Source: Enoplolaimus lenunculus (lineage: Eukaryota). From it: DNA of 64,000 bases. Shown piece after piece: positions 27,013 to 38,721 of the stretch (positions within the stretch are counted from its first letter, which is position 1; every line of letters starts with the position of its first letter). The position numbers were made by a program, and so were the translations under genes. A model generated the notes under the pieces. That model saw nothing but the letters and a program-made list of their open reading frames with translations, was not told where the DNA came from and did no database searches. The stretch spans positions 434,001 to 498,000 of the forward strand of contig JASANG010000627.1 in assembly GCA_030248215.1 (NCBI GenBank), given 5' to 3'.

Positions 27013-27341
27013 CAGGGTGCAACCGGAAGTATACAATACCGGATCCGGAGCGGAAGGTTAACAAAATACCACCGAAAAACAAAATATACTTGACACCGAA
27101 AAATTAATTTTAAATGCGATTTTATCGCTTATAATAACCAAATAGTAAACTATTAGCAATTCAAAGTAAAAACTTTTACGTAATTTTTGAGTTTTGTAGA
27201 TCCTCATTCATTTTGGTAATTCTTCTGTGCACTCAATATTGCAAATACCTGAAAATTCCACGCATTTATTACCGAAATTGTATATATATATCGACAATTA
27301 CCAGATTTATGTACCGGAACCGGAATTCCGGTTGCACTCTG
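27013..27341. mobile_element. CAGGG-type hAT-like MITE just 3' of astacin A
   Basis: CAGGGTGCAACCGGAA / TTCCGGTTGCACTCTG TIRs; flanks aatgtaac/aatattac (6/8). Confidence 0.65.
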
Positions 27342-27383
27342 AATATTACATGTATTGACGCGACACACGTAAGCAATCGACTT

Positions 27384-30300
27384 TTAGCACAATCCGCAAG
27401 ATTGTTTGCAATACAATTTCATATACTGTGTATAAGTATGAAAACAATAGCCCCGTCTGGCCCAATATGCGCAATGTTGGCACTGATTTTGACAATTGGC
27501 TCCTGATGAACTTCCGCGACACAGATTACACGAGCGTCTACACTGTGTACGCATATAGGTTGGATTTTTACTGCATTGACCATTTCGTGTCCAATATTGA
27601 CAGTGTAATCCAAAGTCAACACAGTTTCCATTACCACGAGTATTTGTGCCACCATCTTTGCATATACCGCAGGATCGCATGCAGTTCGCTTGCATGTATT
27701 GGATGTATTTGGAACATTGTCCCCACTTCTTCCAATAACCACAATATGGCACTTTGTCAAAACAGCGCGGATCAGGTGTCGTTACAGGAGCAATCGCTGC
27801 AAAATAAGTTAGGATTGAACGCTTTACCTACTTTATGTTATTTCTCTTTAAAATATACTCATTTCATTTTACTTAAATAGTGGTGACGAATGATGTATTT
27901 TACTGTAAACTATATGTGTTGCGCAATGCCGTACTATGTATGTGCCCCTGCTTCTGGAAAAGGTGTGCATCCTTATTGTTTGGTACATTATATAGGGGGT
28001 CGCATCTCACATATGGGGTGAGAGGTTCGAATACCTTAGCCGTGGCCAACTTTACTTGATCTAAGCGCAGATTTTGCTTCATATGTCTGCCACTTGAAAC
28101 TGGTTTCATGGTTAATAAAATAGGCGAATCGTTTCGCCATTTTGACACGATATAGTAAACTTAATTTGAAATATGTTCGTTGTACATATTGCTAATGACT
28201 ATATTCAAGTTGCTTACTTGTGGTACTATTCTCGCTTGTTTTTGATTCGCCCGTTGGTGGCAGACAGCTGTACAACTTGTTCAGTTTGACTATATCAGTA
28301 GCGCTCAATCCTTTGCGTTGCCCAATTCGTGCGTTTGTTTTCGGAACGATGGTTGGATATCCGGCCCTGCAAGTTGAAACAGTTAAAACTATAATCTAAT
28401 GCAATTAGCAGCCAATGTTACTTTAAGGGGCGTAACAGTAGATTATGCGTATTCCAAAGCCTAATCCTAAGCCTAATCGTTGCAAAAATAAGTTCCTAAG
28501 CCTAAGCCTAAGCCTAAGTCTAAATCTAAGCAAAAAATGTAATCTAGAGTCTAAACCTACTATTTTATAGACCCACTAGAAACCTGGACGCTCCTTAAAG
28601 TAACATGGTCCCAACTCGCATGTACTTGAAACATGGCAGTGAACTGCAAAAAACTCACCGCTGCGGCTCACTAATAGAAACGGCGAGGAACTAAAATAAC
28701 CATAGCAAAGGCATTTCTGAAGCCTAATTTTGGCTTGAGATTAAATTTTACTTAAATTCAGACATTTTTAAATGAAAATTTCCGCATTCCAAATTATAAA
28801 CTGTCCTACAAAAACTGTAACTGAGAGTCGTGCATTTGCGAAAATATTCTAAACTGAGACGTACATTTGACTTTAGTTCAAACCAAATTTGAGTCAGAGG
28901 TCGTCTTGAGAAATGTACGCTGTAAAAATTGCGATGATTTGGAGTTGATTAGTTAACTAACAGAGATTTATATGTAGTGCAGTGACCCGAATAAGAGAGG
29001 GGCAATAAGAGGAGGTCCTCATTTTGAGTCCAAATAATAGGTGTCCGTTCTTATCGTTAACAAGAGTCCGTAAGCGGATAGAGTCCCTGAACCCATCTAG
29101 AGTCCATAAATGTCAATTGTCCCTAATTGAACTGCATAAATGTCAATTGTCCCTAATTGTAGTCCAGGAAGAAAATCGCAGCAAGATGTTATACATGTCC
29201 TCTGTCAAAATCAGTTTTATGGTATACGGTACTACAATTGTAAAATATCCGATATTCGGTATGTTTATACTGAACACCGGTTATAGGTTTTGCCGGATAT
29301 TAAAGCGGAGCCGGATATCAGGTCGCACCATGGCAAATTATGTCCATGTTGTGTAAGTTCTTAACGACAACAAAGTGATAAATAATTCCTACGCCAGAAC
29401 GCAAATTGCAGCGAACGATGAATTGTTTACCATTTGGTGAATGCAGTACGTCCATAATGCATAATACTGTCGTAATCATACGACGTATTCAAATGATCAA
29501 TTTCACGTAAAGTGTATTTATTGAAATTGCCTCTTGCGCCAAACATAATATTGTTCCATATAATGTCAACATATTCGTTTCGATCTGCGCGACTTTGTTC
29601 GTGAAAAAATCCAGCTGCATGCATCATTTCGTGAACGATAATGCCGATATGAACACAGTTTCTGCCTATAATATGTACAAACTGTTCGCACCAGAGTGGG
29701 ATGTGGGTAGGAATTTTTTACTCAACCTTCGCTTTACCCACGCAATCAAGAATTTTCTACCCGCGGGTATACCGGCGCAAAAGTGTTCTAATCACGACAC
29801 ACCTTTTACCCGCACCTGAAGATATAACAGCATTTTAAAGATCGCAAGTAATTTGAATTTTAATGAAGGTTGCGTTATAGTTCCAATGTATTCTACAGAT
29901 TGAAAGGTTAGAAGAAACAACAAGGTTTCAAACCCAACTAAATAAAGCATAGGCAGCACCTGATCAGATGTAAAACAGACAAAATAGCATAGGTTTTCGA
30001 CGGTAAAACTTAAAAGTTTGAGCCAATGTAAATAACAGGGTCCGAACAGTATTATACGCATATTCCTAAACCTAAGCCTAAGCTTAGGCGTAGGAATGAG
30101 CATATTCCTAAACCTAAGCCTAAGCCTATGCTTAAGCCAAGCAAACAATAGTCTAAAGGTTCAGCTTACCCTTTTCTAGTCCCACAGAAAAACGTTCCAC
30201 CCCTGATTTTTACACGAGCCAACGTTTGCCGCGGGTAAAAACTGTGAACTTTTTTCCGCGTGATAAAAATCTTTACCCACGGGACTTCCCGAGCACGAAA

Positions 30301-32882
30301 TTTTTTACCCGACCCGCGTTTACCCTCGCGTAAGCACGGGTACCAGCTGGTAGCGTCACACTATGGTTACCACACATTTTTCGTATCGGGAACCGTATAC
30401 CGTGGATATAAAGGCTTTGACACGATGAAGTACTGATTGCAAAACCTAAACGTTTGTTTATATAAATGGGGTTCCAGAAAACCCAAATTTTGTTTACAGT
30501 TAAATTCATGTATACACTTCGATCTAAAGGTTTAACTTCAGTTTGAGTGTTCTAGAACGCTCAAAACTACGAATTTGTGAAGTAAACTTTAACCTTGCTT
30601 TTAGCACTATAGTTCCGCTTGTTTTTAGCTTGCTAACATTGTGAAAATAATTATGATGTAACATTCATTTTTAGAAATTTCAACGTTTTTGATTGTGGGA
30701 ACTTTTGACATTCAACTTTGAGAAAGCCCTCACACCCACTTGGTTTGCCACTGAATATATCAACTCGTAATATGGCAAATTTTGCGGTAATCGCTAAAGT
30801 TAGGTGAAAAACCAGAAAGCGTGACAAAACCGGTTAAGCTTCAAACTTTAGAAATGCCGTAGTTGCACAATCAGTTACCACAAACCTAGCGATAAATACT
30901 GCATTCCTCGTGTTCGTCCCACAGAAGAATAGCATCCAAGTCCTTTGACGATGTAAACGAAATCGTGCTGATTATTTCGAGGAACCTGAAAATATTAAAA
31001 TCCATTGCGAAACCCGGGCCGATAATTTTCTTTATTAATAAAATTCACAGAACGAAGGCTAAAATCGATATAGGGAGTGATTCTGGCCTGTAATATTTAA
31101 ACGCCAAAATGAAGTAAAACATTGTATATATAATATACACTGCAAAGAATAGTGAGTCAATTTGATGTTCTTCGTAATAAGCTCTACGGATTACACAAAC
31201 TGAGTCAAATTCGATTCCGCCAGAGTCAAGTTACAAATATTTGTTGGTAGCGGTGTGTGGCCAATGTAAAGTACAGGGTACAGGGGCGGAGCTTTGTTAT
31301 AAGCATATTCCTAAGCCTAAGCCTAAGCCTTAGCCCAAGCCTATGCATAAGAATTCGGTTATTTGTAAGCCTAAGCCTAAGCATATAAGAATGACTTTAT
31401 TTCTAAGCCTAAGCCGAAGCGTAAGCCAAGCAAAAAATTAGTCTAAAGCTCAAGCTTACTCTATTCTAGTGCCACAGAAAAACGTTCCACCCCTGATCTT
31501 CACCTGGGCCTGGTTTGTGAACAATATTGTAAAACCGTTAAAATTGTTTGAAGATTTGCTGCTATTGAATAAGACTTGTAAAAGTTTACAATTTAAAAAT
31601 TACATTCTTAGCTAAAAAAGTTTTACCCATTGAATGCATGTATGGGTATCAAACTGAGCGATCGCGGCGGCAATAATTGATCTTTCGTACTGGCTGAAAG
31701 CGTAGGAAATCAGGTACGGGATTTCGGCATTCGACCACTTTTGATATAAACCTGACAATATACTTCTTATGTGCATACTTGTTAGCCTCGATACATGTAG
31801 CAATCGATAGCTGCTGTTCAAGATTTGATTACCTCAACACGCGTCTAACGAAAATTTTAAGACACGTGTGGCACTAAGGTTAGCGCAATGCTGGCCTAAT
31901 ACATCAACAAGACATAAATTATGATGTGTTAATGCAAATTTTACAATATGCGTACACTAGGTGACTTTTGAAGCAGTAGTGTGATGAACGACAAAGCCAA
32001 AAAGCGTTAGTCTGCTGTACGCTGAAGCCAAAAAGCTTCAGTATGCAATACACTGAAGACAATAAAGCATCATTGCGCTGTATATTGAAGCCGAAAAGTT
32101 TCGGTATGAAACACACTGTATGCAAAAACTATCAGTATCCATCACACTACCCGTTCAAAAGTCACCTGGTGGACGAATGGTATTGTAGAATTTGCATAAA
32201 GCCTTCGGAAAAATTGAGATCTTTTTAAAATAAGATTTCCTAGCTAGCAGTTTTGTTAAATCTGCATTGAAGTAGCCAAATAACTACTTGATTTTTCAGG
32301 CATTGGAGACTTCTGTAAACTTTTGCGCTAGCACCGGATAGGAAACTGTTGTTTAGGCACAGTACTGAATATGTATGCATATAAAATAGTAAGCTGTTGT
32401 GATTTAACTAAACATGGAAATAAGCATGTAGAAATTTTGGCTGATTTTTGGGCACGTATTGCTAGCAACAATGACGATATTTATTGTTTTTCAAACCTAA
32501 CGACATTGATGCTTCGGGCAAAAAAATATTCAGCCCCGCGTCCTGCAAATGATTACTACGCATATGTACCTCTTATCGCATTTGCATCTGCCTGTACCGA
32601 ATTCGGATCATGTTCTGGGTCGTCGATGATAAAATCGTCAACAAATGACAAAATTGACAGATCACCTAAAGCGATGTCTCCCTCAAATTTGCCTGCTTGT
32701 AATAATGGATCATCGTCAGATTCCTCTGCCCAAAGTCCTTCCACCTCTGTTGCATCCAGCGCTAACGCGTTTCCAAAGTCTTCGGGCAACAGAACTGCGC
32801 TGGTGTTTGCAACAGACGTATTCTTTGATTGATCGAACTGAACGGTTGGCTTGGCACTGACATTGTTGTGGTAAAAATTACT
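27384..32882 (-). CDS. Astacin (M12A, nas-type) zinc metalloprotease with 3 C-terminal ShK domains, paralog A; signal-peptide exon not located
   Basis: Exons 32570-32882, 31627-31751, 30886-30985, 29431-29665, 28218-28366, 27384-27796, phase-consistent. Prodomain FEGDI, HEMMHAAGFFHEQSRADR zinc motif, YDYDSIMHY Met-turn, IGQR..LS..DI..LNKLYSC, three six-Cys ShK repeats. Confidence 0.95.
28410..28611. mobile_element. Telomeric-repeat MITE, Merlin-like
   Basis: TIRs AGCCAATGTTACTTTAAGGGGCGT / ACGCTCCTTAAAGTAACATGGTCC; flanks caattagc/caactcgc (6/8); GCCTAA core. Confidence 0.8.
30021..30220. mobile_element. Telomeric-repeat MITE nested in an ACCCGCGG-type repeat element (~29690-30363)
   Basis: Flanks aaagtttg/aacgtttg (7/8); GCCTAA core; ACCCG motifs on both sides. 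Confidence 0.8.
31259..31510. mobile_element. Telomeric-repeat MITE, Merlin-like
   Basis: GGCCAATGTAAA...CACCTGGGCC termini; flanks cggtgtgt/tggtttgt (6/8); three GCCTAA blocks. Confidence 0.8.
31931..32198. mobile_element. MITE/foldback element with ~55 bp inverted repeats
   Basis: atgcaaattttacaata..ggtgacttttgaa..gtagtgtgatg at the left end is mirrored by catcacactac..ttcaaaagtcacc..tattgtagaatttgcat at the right end. Confidence 0.65.
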
Positions 32883-35800
32883 CTGAAAACGTAAGTAACT
32901 GAATTTTTTAGCAATAAACTGATGACGACTACAGGCATGATTTAAACGCACATACTTAATGAATAATCCTTATAAATATAAACAATTTACAGTCGAATGT
33001 TTGAGCGCCGACCCATGCAGGAGCGTCCAAGTTTTTGGCATCAGGATGCTAAACTCTTACGTGTTCATTTCATGCGGGCATTAGGCAATCATTTTGTCTT
33101 CTTACTTACGTTTTGAAATTGCAAAGTGATACTAATTCAAGCTGTTGCTTGGACAAAAAACTGCCGTTTATAAGAACAAGTTATTTGACTGCAAGTCAAA
33201 TGTATGATCGCCGCTTACCCTACCCTAATGTGTTGACTGTCTCGCCGAATCAACATATGGTTTATCAGCTTTAATAAAGCGTAAATTTGTTGCGCTTACC
33301 CGATTCTTTCATTCACAAACTCTGTAGTTCAGTGGTACGTTGTTTGCATTTTTTATTTGCCCACAATATGTTTTCATTAGTTTTTCTTGGCGCAACTAGA
33401 GAGCAAGGTCATTTTGGATTTGCTGTTGCATTGCAAGCAATGAAAAACCATTGTTTGCTAGCAAAACGAGTACTTGATTTCTTTCTAACTTTACAATTGA
33501 GGCCCTATAGAAATAATTAATGGAAATTTTTTGCTTCCTGGTCAGATATCTTTTTATTCATTCATTTCGTGTTTTCAGATTATTTATAAAAGTGGTAAAT
33601 GATGTGAGCATTCCAACGCACACATAACTGTGGATAAACAAAGTCTTTCAAAACTTCGAAAAAAGATATATATGCCTGGTAAATTGAAAATTTTTCAGCA
33701 ACCATTCTTTTCTATATTCGACAGCTTAATTTTGCCCGGGTTACAGTTGAACTATAACAATGTATCGTGAAGGTTCAGCAAATTACGCATAGGCTCGGAA
33801 TATGAATATGCTTATTCTTACGCTTAGGTTTAGGCTTAGGCTTTAGGCTTAAGAATACGCTTGTAATACTGCTCCGACCTGTTCTTTACATTGGCCGTCT
33901 TTTCTAGGATTTGACATGAAATATAAAATATTCATAAGAAAAGTTAAACGTTGAATCTGGCGGCTATACTGTGTTGTGCAGGGCAGATTTAAAAAGTGGT
34001 GGTTTTGTGTCTCACGCGCTATAATGTGTACTTTTTACTTACACAACGTCCGACAATATAATTAGCAATATTGATTAATGTTTTGCAGTATCTGTATAAG
34101 GGACATTTTTGTATACCGTTGCTGTAGACAGAAAATGTGTTAACTACGCAATAGTTCTGCAATGTCTGATATATCAATACTGCTCTTGAAAATATTCAAC
34201 TCGGTGCCCAAATTTTTTTTTGCTTCCGAAACTTGAATTTCTCTAAAATTTTAAGTTCCCTACTAAAACGTTGCTTTTCGAATCGAAATTTGAATTTTTT
34301 TGCCAAAATTCCGTTTTACGCCAAAATTTGAAATTGGCGCCAAAATTTCAATTCTCTCTCTAAAATTTAAGTTTTTCTGCAATTATTAAATTTTCCACTG
34401 AAATTTAAAGTTTCCCCCTGCTAACAATGTGAATTATTAACCTAAAATTTAAATTTTTAACGTCCAAAACAAAATTATCCTCGGAGTATAAATTTTCCAC
34501 CAAAACGTAATTTTGGCACCAAAATTCAAATTTCCAGCCGGACACGGAATTTTTCCGCTAAAATTTAAATTTACCCACTAAAACGAAATTTTTACGCCTA
34601 AATTTGAGTTATTCGACGTGTTTAAATTTCCCGCCAAATTCAAATTTGGTGCCAAAAGATCATATTACCTGCCTAATATGAATCGCCCGCCGAAGTTGGA
34701 ATTTTCTCTATGAGAAAATTAACCCTTTCCGCCCAAATTTGAATTACCCTCAGTATTTGAATTTTTTGCAAAATTTTAAGTCTATGCATACCACTCAAGA
34801 ATTTTGTATATATCCTAAATGTCCATAAATTTGCGTTGCAAGTGAACTGACTACTGCTTTTCGTAAACACTATGAACATTTATATTGCAATATTTCAAAC
34901 TGCAGTAATTCTGCATATGCGGAGCGGAAGCAATATATCGTGTGAGAGACATGTTAAAAGAAAATTTATCCACATTATTAAATGCAGAAACATAATAAAT
35001 GGTTGCAGGTGTCTCGGTTACGTTTGTCCCGCATAAATTTTTGTCCCCAGGGTATCCTAGAAGTAGTTTTTGCTGGAAATTGTGTTGTTGTATAAAAAAA
35101 ATGTAATTTGAACCACCACATAAACCATATATAAAAACTATCAAAACATGATTGTTCAAAACATGCAGATATAGCTTTCAAATGACAATTTGCCGACAAA
35201 TTACTGATTCTTCAAACCACAACCTACATCATAAGGGTCTGCGTTAATGTGGACTATAGATACAATGCTCGTTTGAATTGTTTGTTATCTTTAGGCACTG
35301 TCTAATTGAGTCTACTCCAACTCATGGATTCCAAAACTTGCAATATACAACATCAATGTCCAAAATAGCCACTGTGGCCATAATCTCGTCGTCCTCGGTT
35401 ACCCAAGTTCGATGATTCTGCATCCCAGGCTCATTGAGATATGTTGACATATTCTGCTAAACAGTGCACCATTTTGGAACGGAATTTGCTTGTGTGCATT
35501 TTACTAATGATGAACTTCCTGATTTGTTAATGATAAGCTACGAGATGGCGCAAAACGTACAGTTACCGTCAAAAAACAACAGTTCACATTGCTTGGTGGA
35601 CCAGGTGTCGGGTATTCGATAATTTGCGTTAGTCGAACAATATCCTCAATAACCAAAAGTCTTGCCATTTTCCTGTTTTTAGTATGCGGTTGCAGGTTTG
35701 AGCAATTCTTCCGCATGGTTCATTTTTTCGTCTACATCGCAAGAATATCAGCCGATCCAACGCAGCTGACACTTGCGCAATCAACATCGTTAAGTTTCTG

Positions 35801-36031
35801 CGTCAAAGCAGTTTTATCAACGGTTTCAAGGAACTACACGCGTTTAGCTAATAAGTCTTTGGCAATATACGGACCCTTCAAGCGCTGTTACAGTTTACAA
35901 AGTTGTCCTGATATTGAAGTCTAACATTTATTTGCCACATTGAATGTAGTCTGCTCTTTCATGCGAGCATAGGTAACATTCTGCTTGTTTGACACAGTGG
36001 CTGGGGATGCTAGCTAAATGATACGTGACGC

Positions 36032-36243
36032 GGCCCATGGGAAGATCAGGGGCGGAAGGATTTGCTGTGGGACTAGAAAAGAGTAAGCTTAAGTTTTAGA
36101 ATATTTTTGGCTTGGCTTAGGCTTAGGCTTAGGCTAAGGCTTAGGAATATGCTCATTCTTACGTTTAGGCTTAAGCTTAGGCTTAGGCTTAGGTTTAAGA
36201 ATATGCTTATAATACTGTTTCGCCCCTGTTTTTTACATTGGCC
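36032..36243. mobile_element. Telomeric-repeat MITE (TTAGGC on + strand)
   Basis: GGCCCATGGGAAGATCAGGGGCGGAA / TTTCGCCCCTGTTTTTTACATTGGCC TIRs; two TTAGGC blocks. Confidence 0.8.
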
Positions 36244-36399
36244 CTCGACCATCCACTTTATCAGTAGCACAGGGTTAAACAAAAGTTGCGTCCGCAAACT
36301 CTCTGCCTTGAGCAGGGAATATATTGTTCAAGAATCCATTGTCTAATAGGAAGACATTGTACTGAGAGCCTGAGAAAATGTGTTTTGCAAGAAATGTTA

Positions 36400-37140
36400 T
36401 CAAGTTGCAAAGGTGAAATCTGCAGGTGCAGAAGGATCCAAGATGGAAGACTACAACGAAAATTTCCGACACAAATCTGAAAGTTTTAAAGTTATAGACG
36501 ATATTCAGTTGTATTTCTAAACCTTGGATTGCACTCGATAGATATCGACATAAAAATCTTTTTAAAGTGGTGACTTGATTTGGATCTCCCGACAAGAGAT
36601 ATAAATTGAAATGCATCGACAGACTCGGCATGTGCATAAACAATGTTGAACTATCTTAGTAACTTATTAACTAATTTTGAATCTCGATGGCCAAGCTAAT
36701 TAAATCTGCTTGGTTTGTTTTGAAATCAAGCGGACTTTTTTCACCAAAAAATAGTTAATTGGAAATTACTAATTTAATTGTGTTACACCACTCAAAAGGC
36801 GGTGCATGTTCCTCGTGTAATTCGGACGAGAAACGAACCGTCAGCGATTGCTAGCCGCATGCTTGACAATGGATAATTAACAAAACTGCTGCATTGACTA
36901 AAAACCCTGTCAGGTGTACCAAACGTCGATCCTGGAGGTATTGACAAAACTAAAGGCGCAACAGCCGTACCGGTCAAAAGCGCATGGCACCGTGTGAAAG
37001 TTTATTTTAACACAATGCGACGAGGTCGTGTGGGGAACTGTTATATCTTAACTTTGGTCGATCTATTCACCAAGTGTTCTGAAGCTGTGAATATCAATTA
37101 TAAATTTGAAAACGGCATTGCTAGCACTCTGTTCGGAGTA
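36400..37140 (+). pseudogene. Degenerate Gypsy/Ginger-type integrase fragment
   Basis: NFRHKSESFKVIDDIQLYF (~36455-36520) and VPVKSAWHRVKVYF..GNCYILTLVDLFTKCSEAV..IASTLF (~36965-37135) resemble the start of an rve integrase core; stops and frameshifts lie between. Confidence 0.6.
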
Positions 37141-37391
37141 GTCCTGGGCAAAGCATACCCAAAAGCTACAAACTCTTGTAAAAGCGGAGAGCTTCTAAGT
37201 TCACCTTAGAGCACTTGTATCCAGCTAACTCAAACGCAGCATGTTATGCAGTTTGTGGTGTAAATAATGAATAATTGGCCATCACATTGTGCATTGAGAG
37301 TTTTGTTTGCTTTTATTTTGAATGATCCTGCATTGATAGTTTGGCGCATGGTTATTTTGCAGTGGCTCAAATTACATTGCTCTCAGACAAA

Positions 37392-37550
37392 GGCCAATGT
37401 TACTTTTAGGGCCGTAACAGTAGATTAAGCGTATTCCTAAGCCTAAGCCTAAGCCTAGGCTAAGCCTAAGCAAAAATGCAGCCTAAAATGTAAGCCTACT
37501 TTTTTACAGAAGCACCGGAAACTGGGACGGCCCTAAAAGTAACATGGGCC
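37392..37550. mobile_element. Telomeric-repeat MITE, Merlin-like
   Basis: GGCCAATGTTACTTTTAGGGCCGT / ACGGCCCTAAAAGTAACATGGGCC TIRs; perfect 8-bp TSD cagacaaa (37384-37391, 37551-37558). Confidence 0.9.
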
Positions 37551-38721
37551 CAGACAAAAAACATAATTTTCTGCGACAACTATTTCTAGGTGATCTCGAG
37601 TAGATAGGGTTGAGATAAATCATCCGAGAATACATATTTTTCATATAAATTGTGTAAAAGGGACAATATTTTCTGGTCGACAAATCTTTTCCATGACACA
37701 AGTAGGTACAACTTTTGCATTGTATCCGCATAAAAAAATAGTTGCTCGGGCCGATTATTTCATTTTTAGATATAGCACGCCGCTAAGTTTACGTTAATGA
37801 ACCAGATAAGTTTTAGAAACTCTATTGTAAGTATGGTGTATTTAATGTCACAAAATTACCTGGCACAAAACAAACAGCAGTGCAACCAGCGCAAATGATG
37901 CTTTCGTCAAATGCATAACAAAATGTAAGAAAGCAAAAAAAGTCAAACAAAATTTTGTCAACAGAAAATCCATCGTTCGCTGCTTTAAGACAATATTACA
38001 ATATATAAATCTGCCAAATATTTTTATTTGTGAAACAAATATAACAATTTTTTGGTATCGGCCGAAATAATGCGTAAATTAACTAAAATGCTGAAAAGTA
38101 AGCAGCAGACAATTTATAGCAATTTTTGACCAAACAACGGCACCACTGGTCGCTTTAGTTGCGACTTTATATCAGAACTCTTCTGGCCTAACATTTTTAA
38201 TCGTAGGATATGCCGCAGATAAGCAGAAAACAATGTTTTAGAACATATATGAGTGGTCGTTGACGGATGCAATACATTTTTCAAACTGGTAGAAGGCGTT
38301 CATGTTGATGCTACTGGCAAAATAACATTTTGCAAGGTGCTGTATGAATATGATGGGCGTTAAAATAGCCTTCCATTTTTAACACGATACCTAATTTAAC
38401 CTAAATACCTGTAGCTCAACCGGTAACTATTGATTTGAAACCAGTTAGTTTGGCAATTGAAAGCCTAGGTTTCAAAAGTGAAAACTAAAATTTTTGCCAT
38501 CAAAACAAGTTTTTGTTTTCAGAATTTGCATGAATACTTAATAACATGAAGGTACTACTACAAGTAAAATGACATTTTCAGTTTTCACACGCTTAAAACC
38601 AGCGTTGGCCGATAATTAACCCAGTTGACAAGTTTGTTTACAGTGAAGCTTCATGTACCGCGCATGTAACACGTTGGAAAAGTAGCCTTTGCTTGCCCAT
38701 ATTTCACAGTGTACACCGGTG

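Noticed and set aside
27428..27880. Antisense ORFs over ShK and prodomain exons (also 38709-39068, 32371-32832, 52645-52905)
   Set aside because: They are shadow frames of the astacin coding exons.
36073..36346. ORFs with LRLRLR/LSLSLS runs (also ~29792-30148 and 61750-61962)
   Set aside because: They are translations of TTAGGC repeats inside MITEs.
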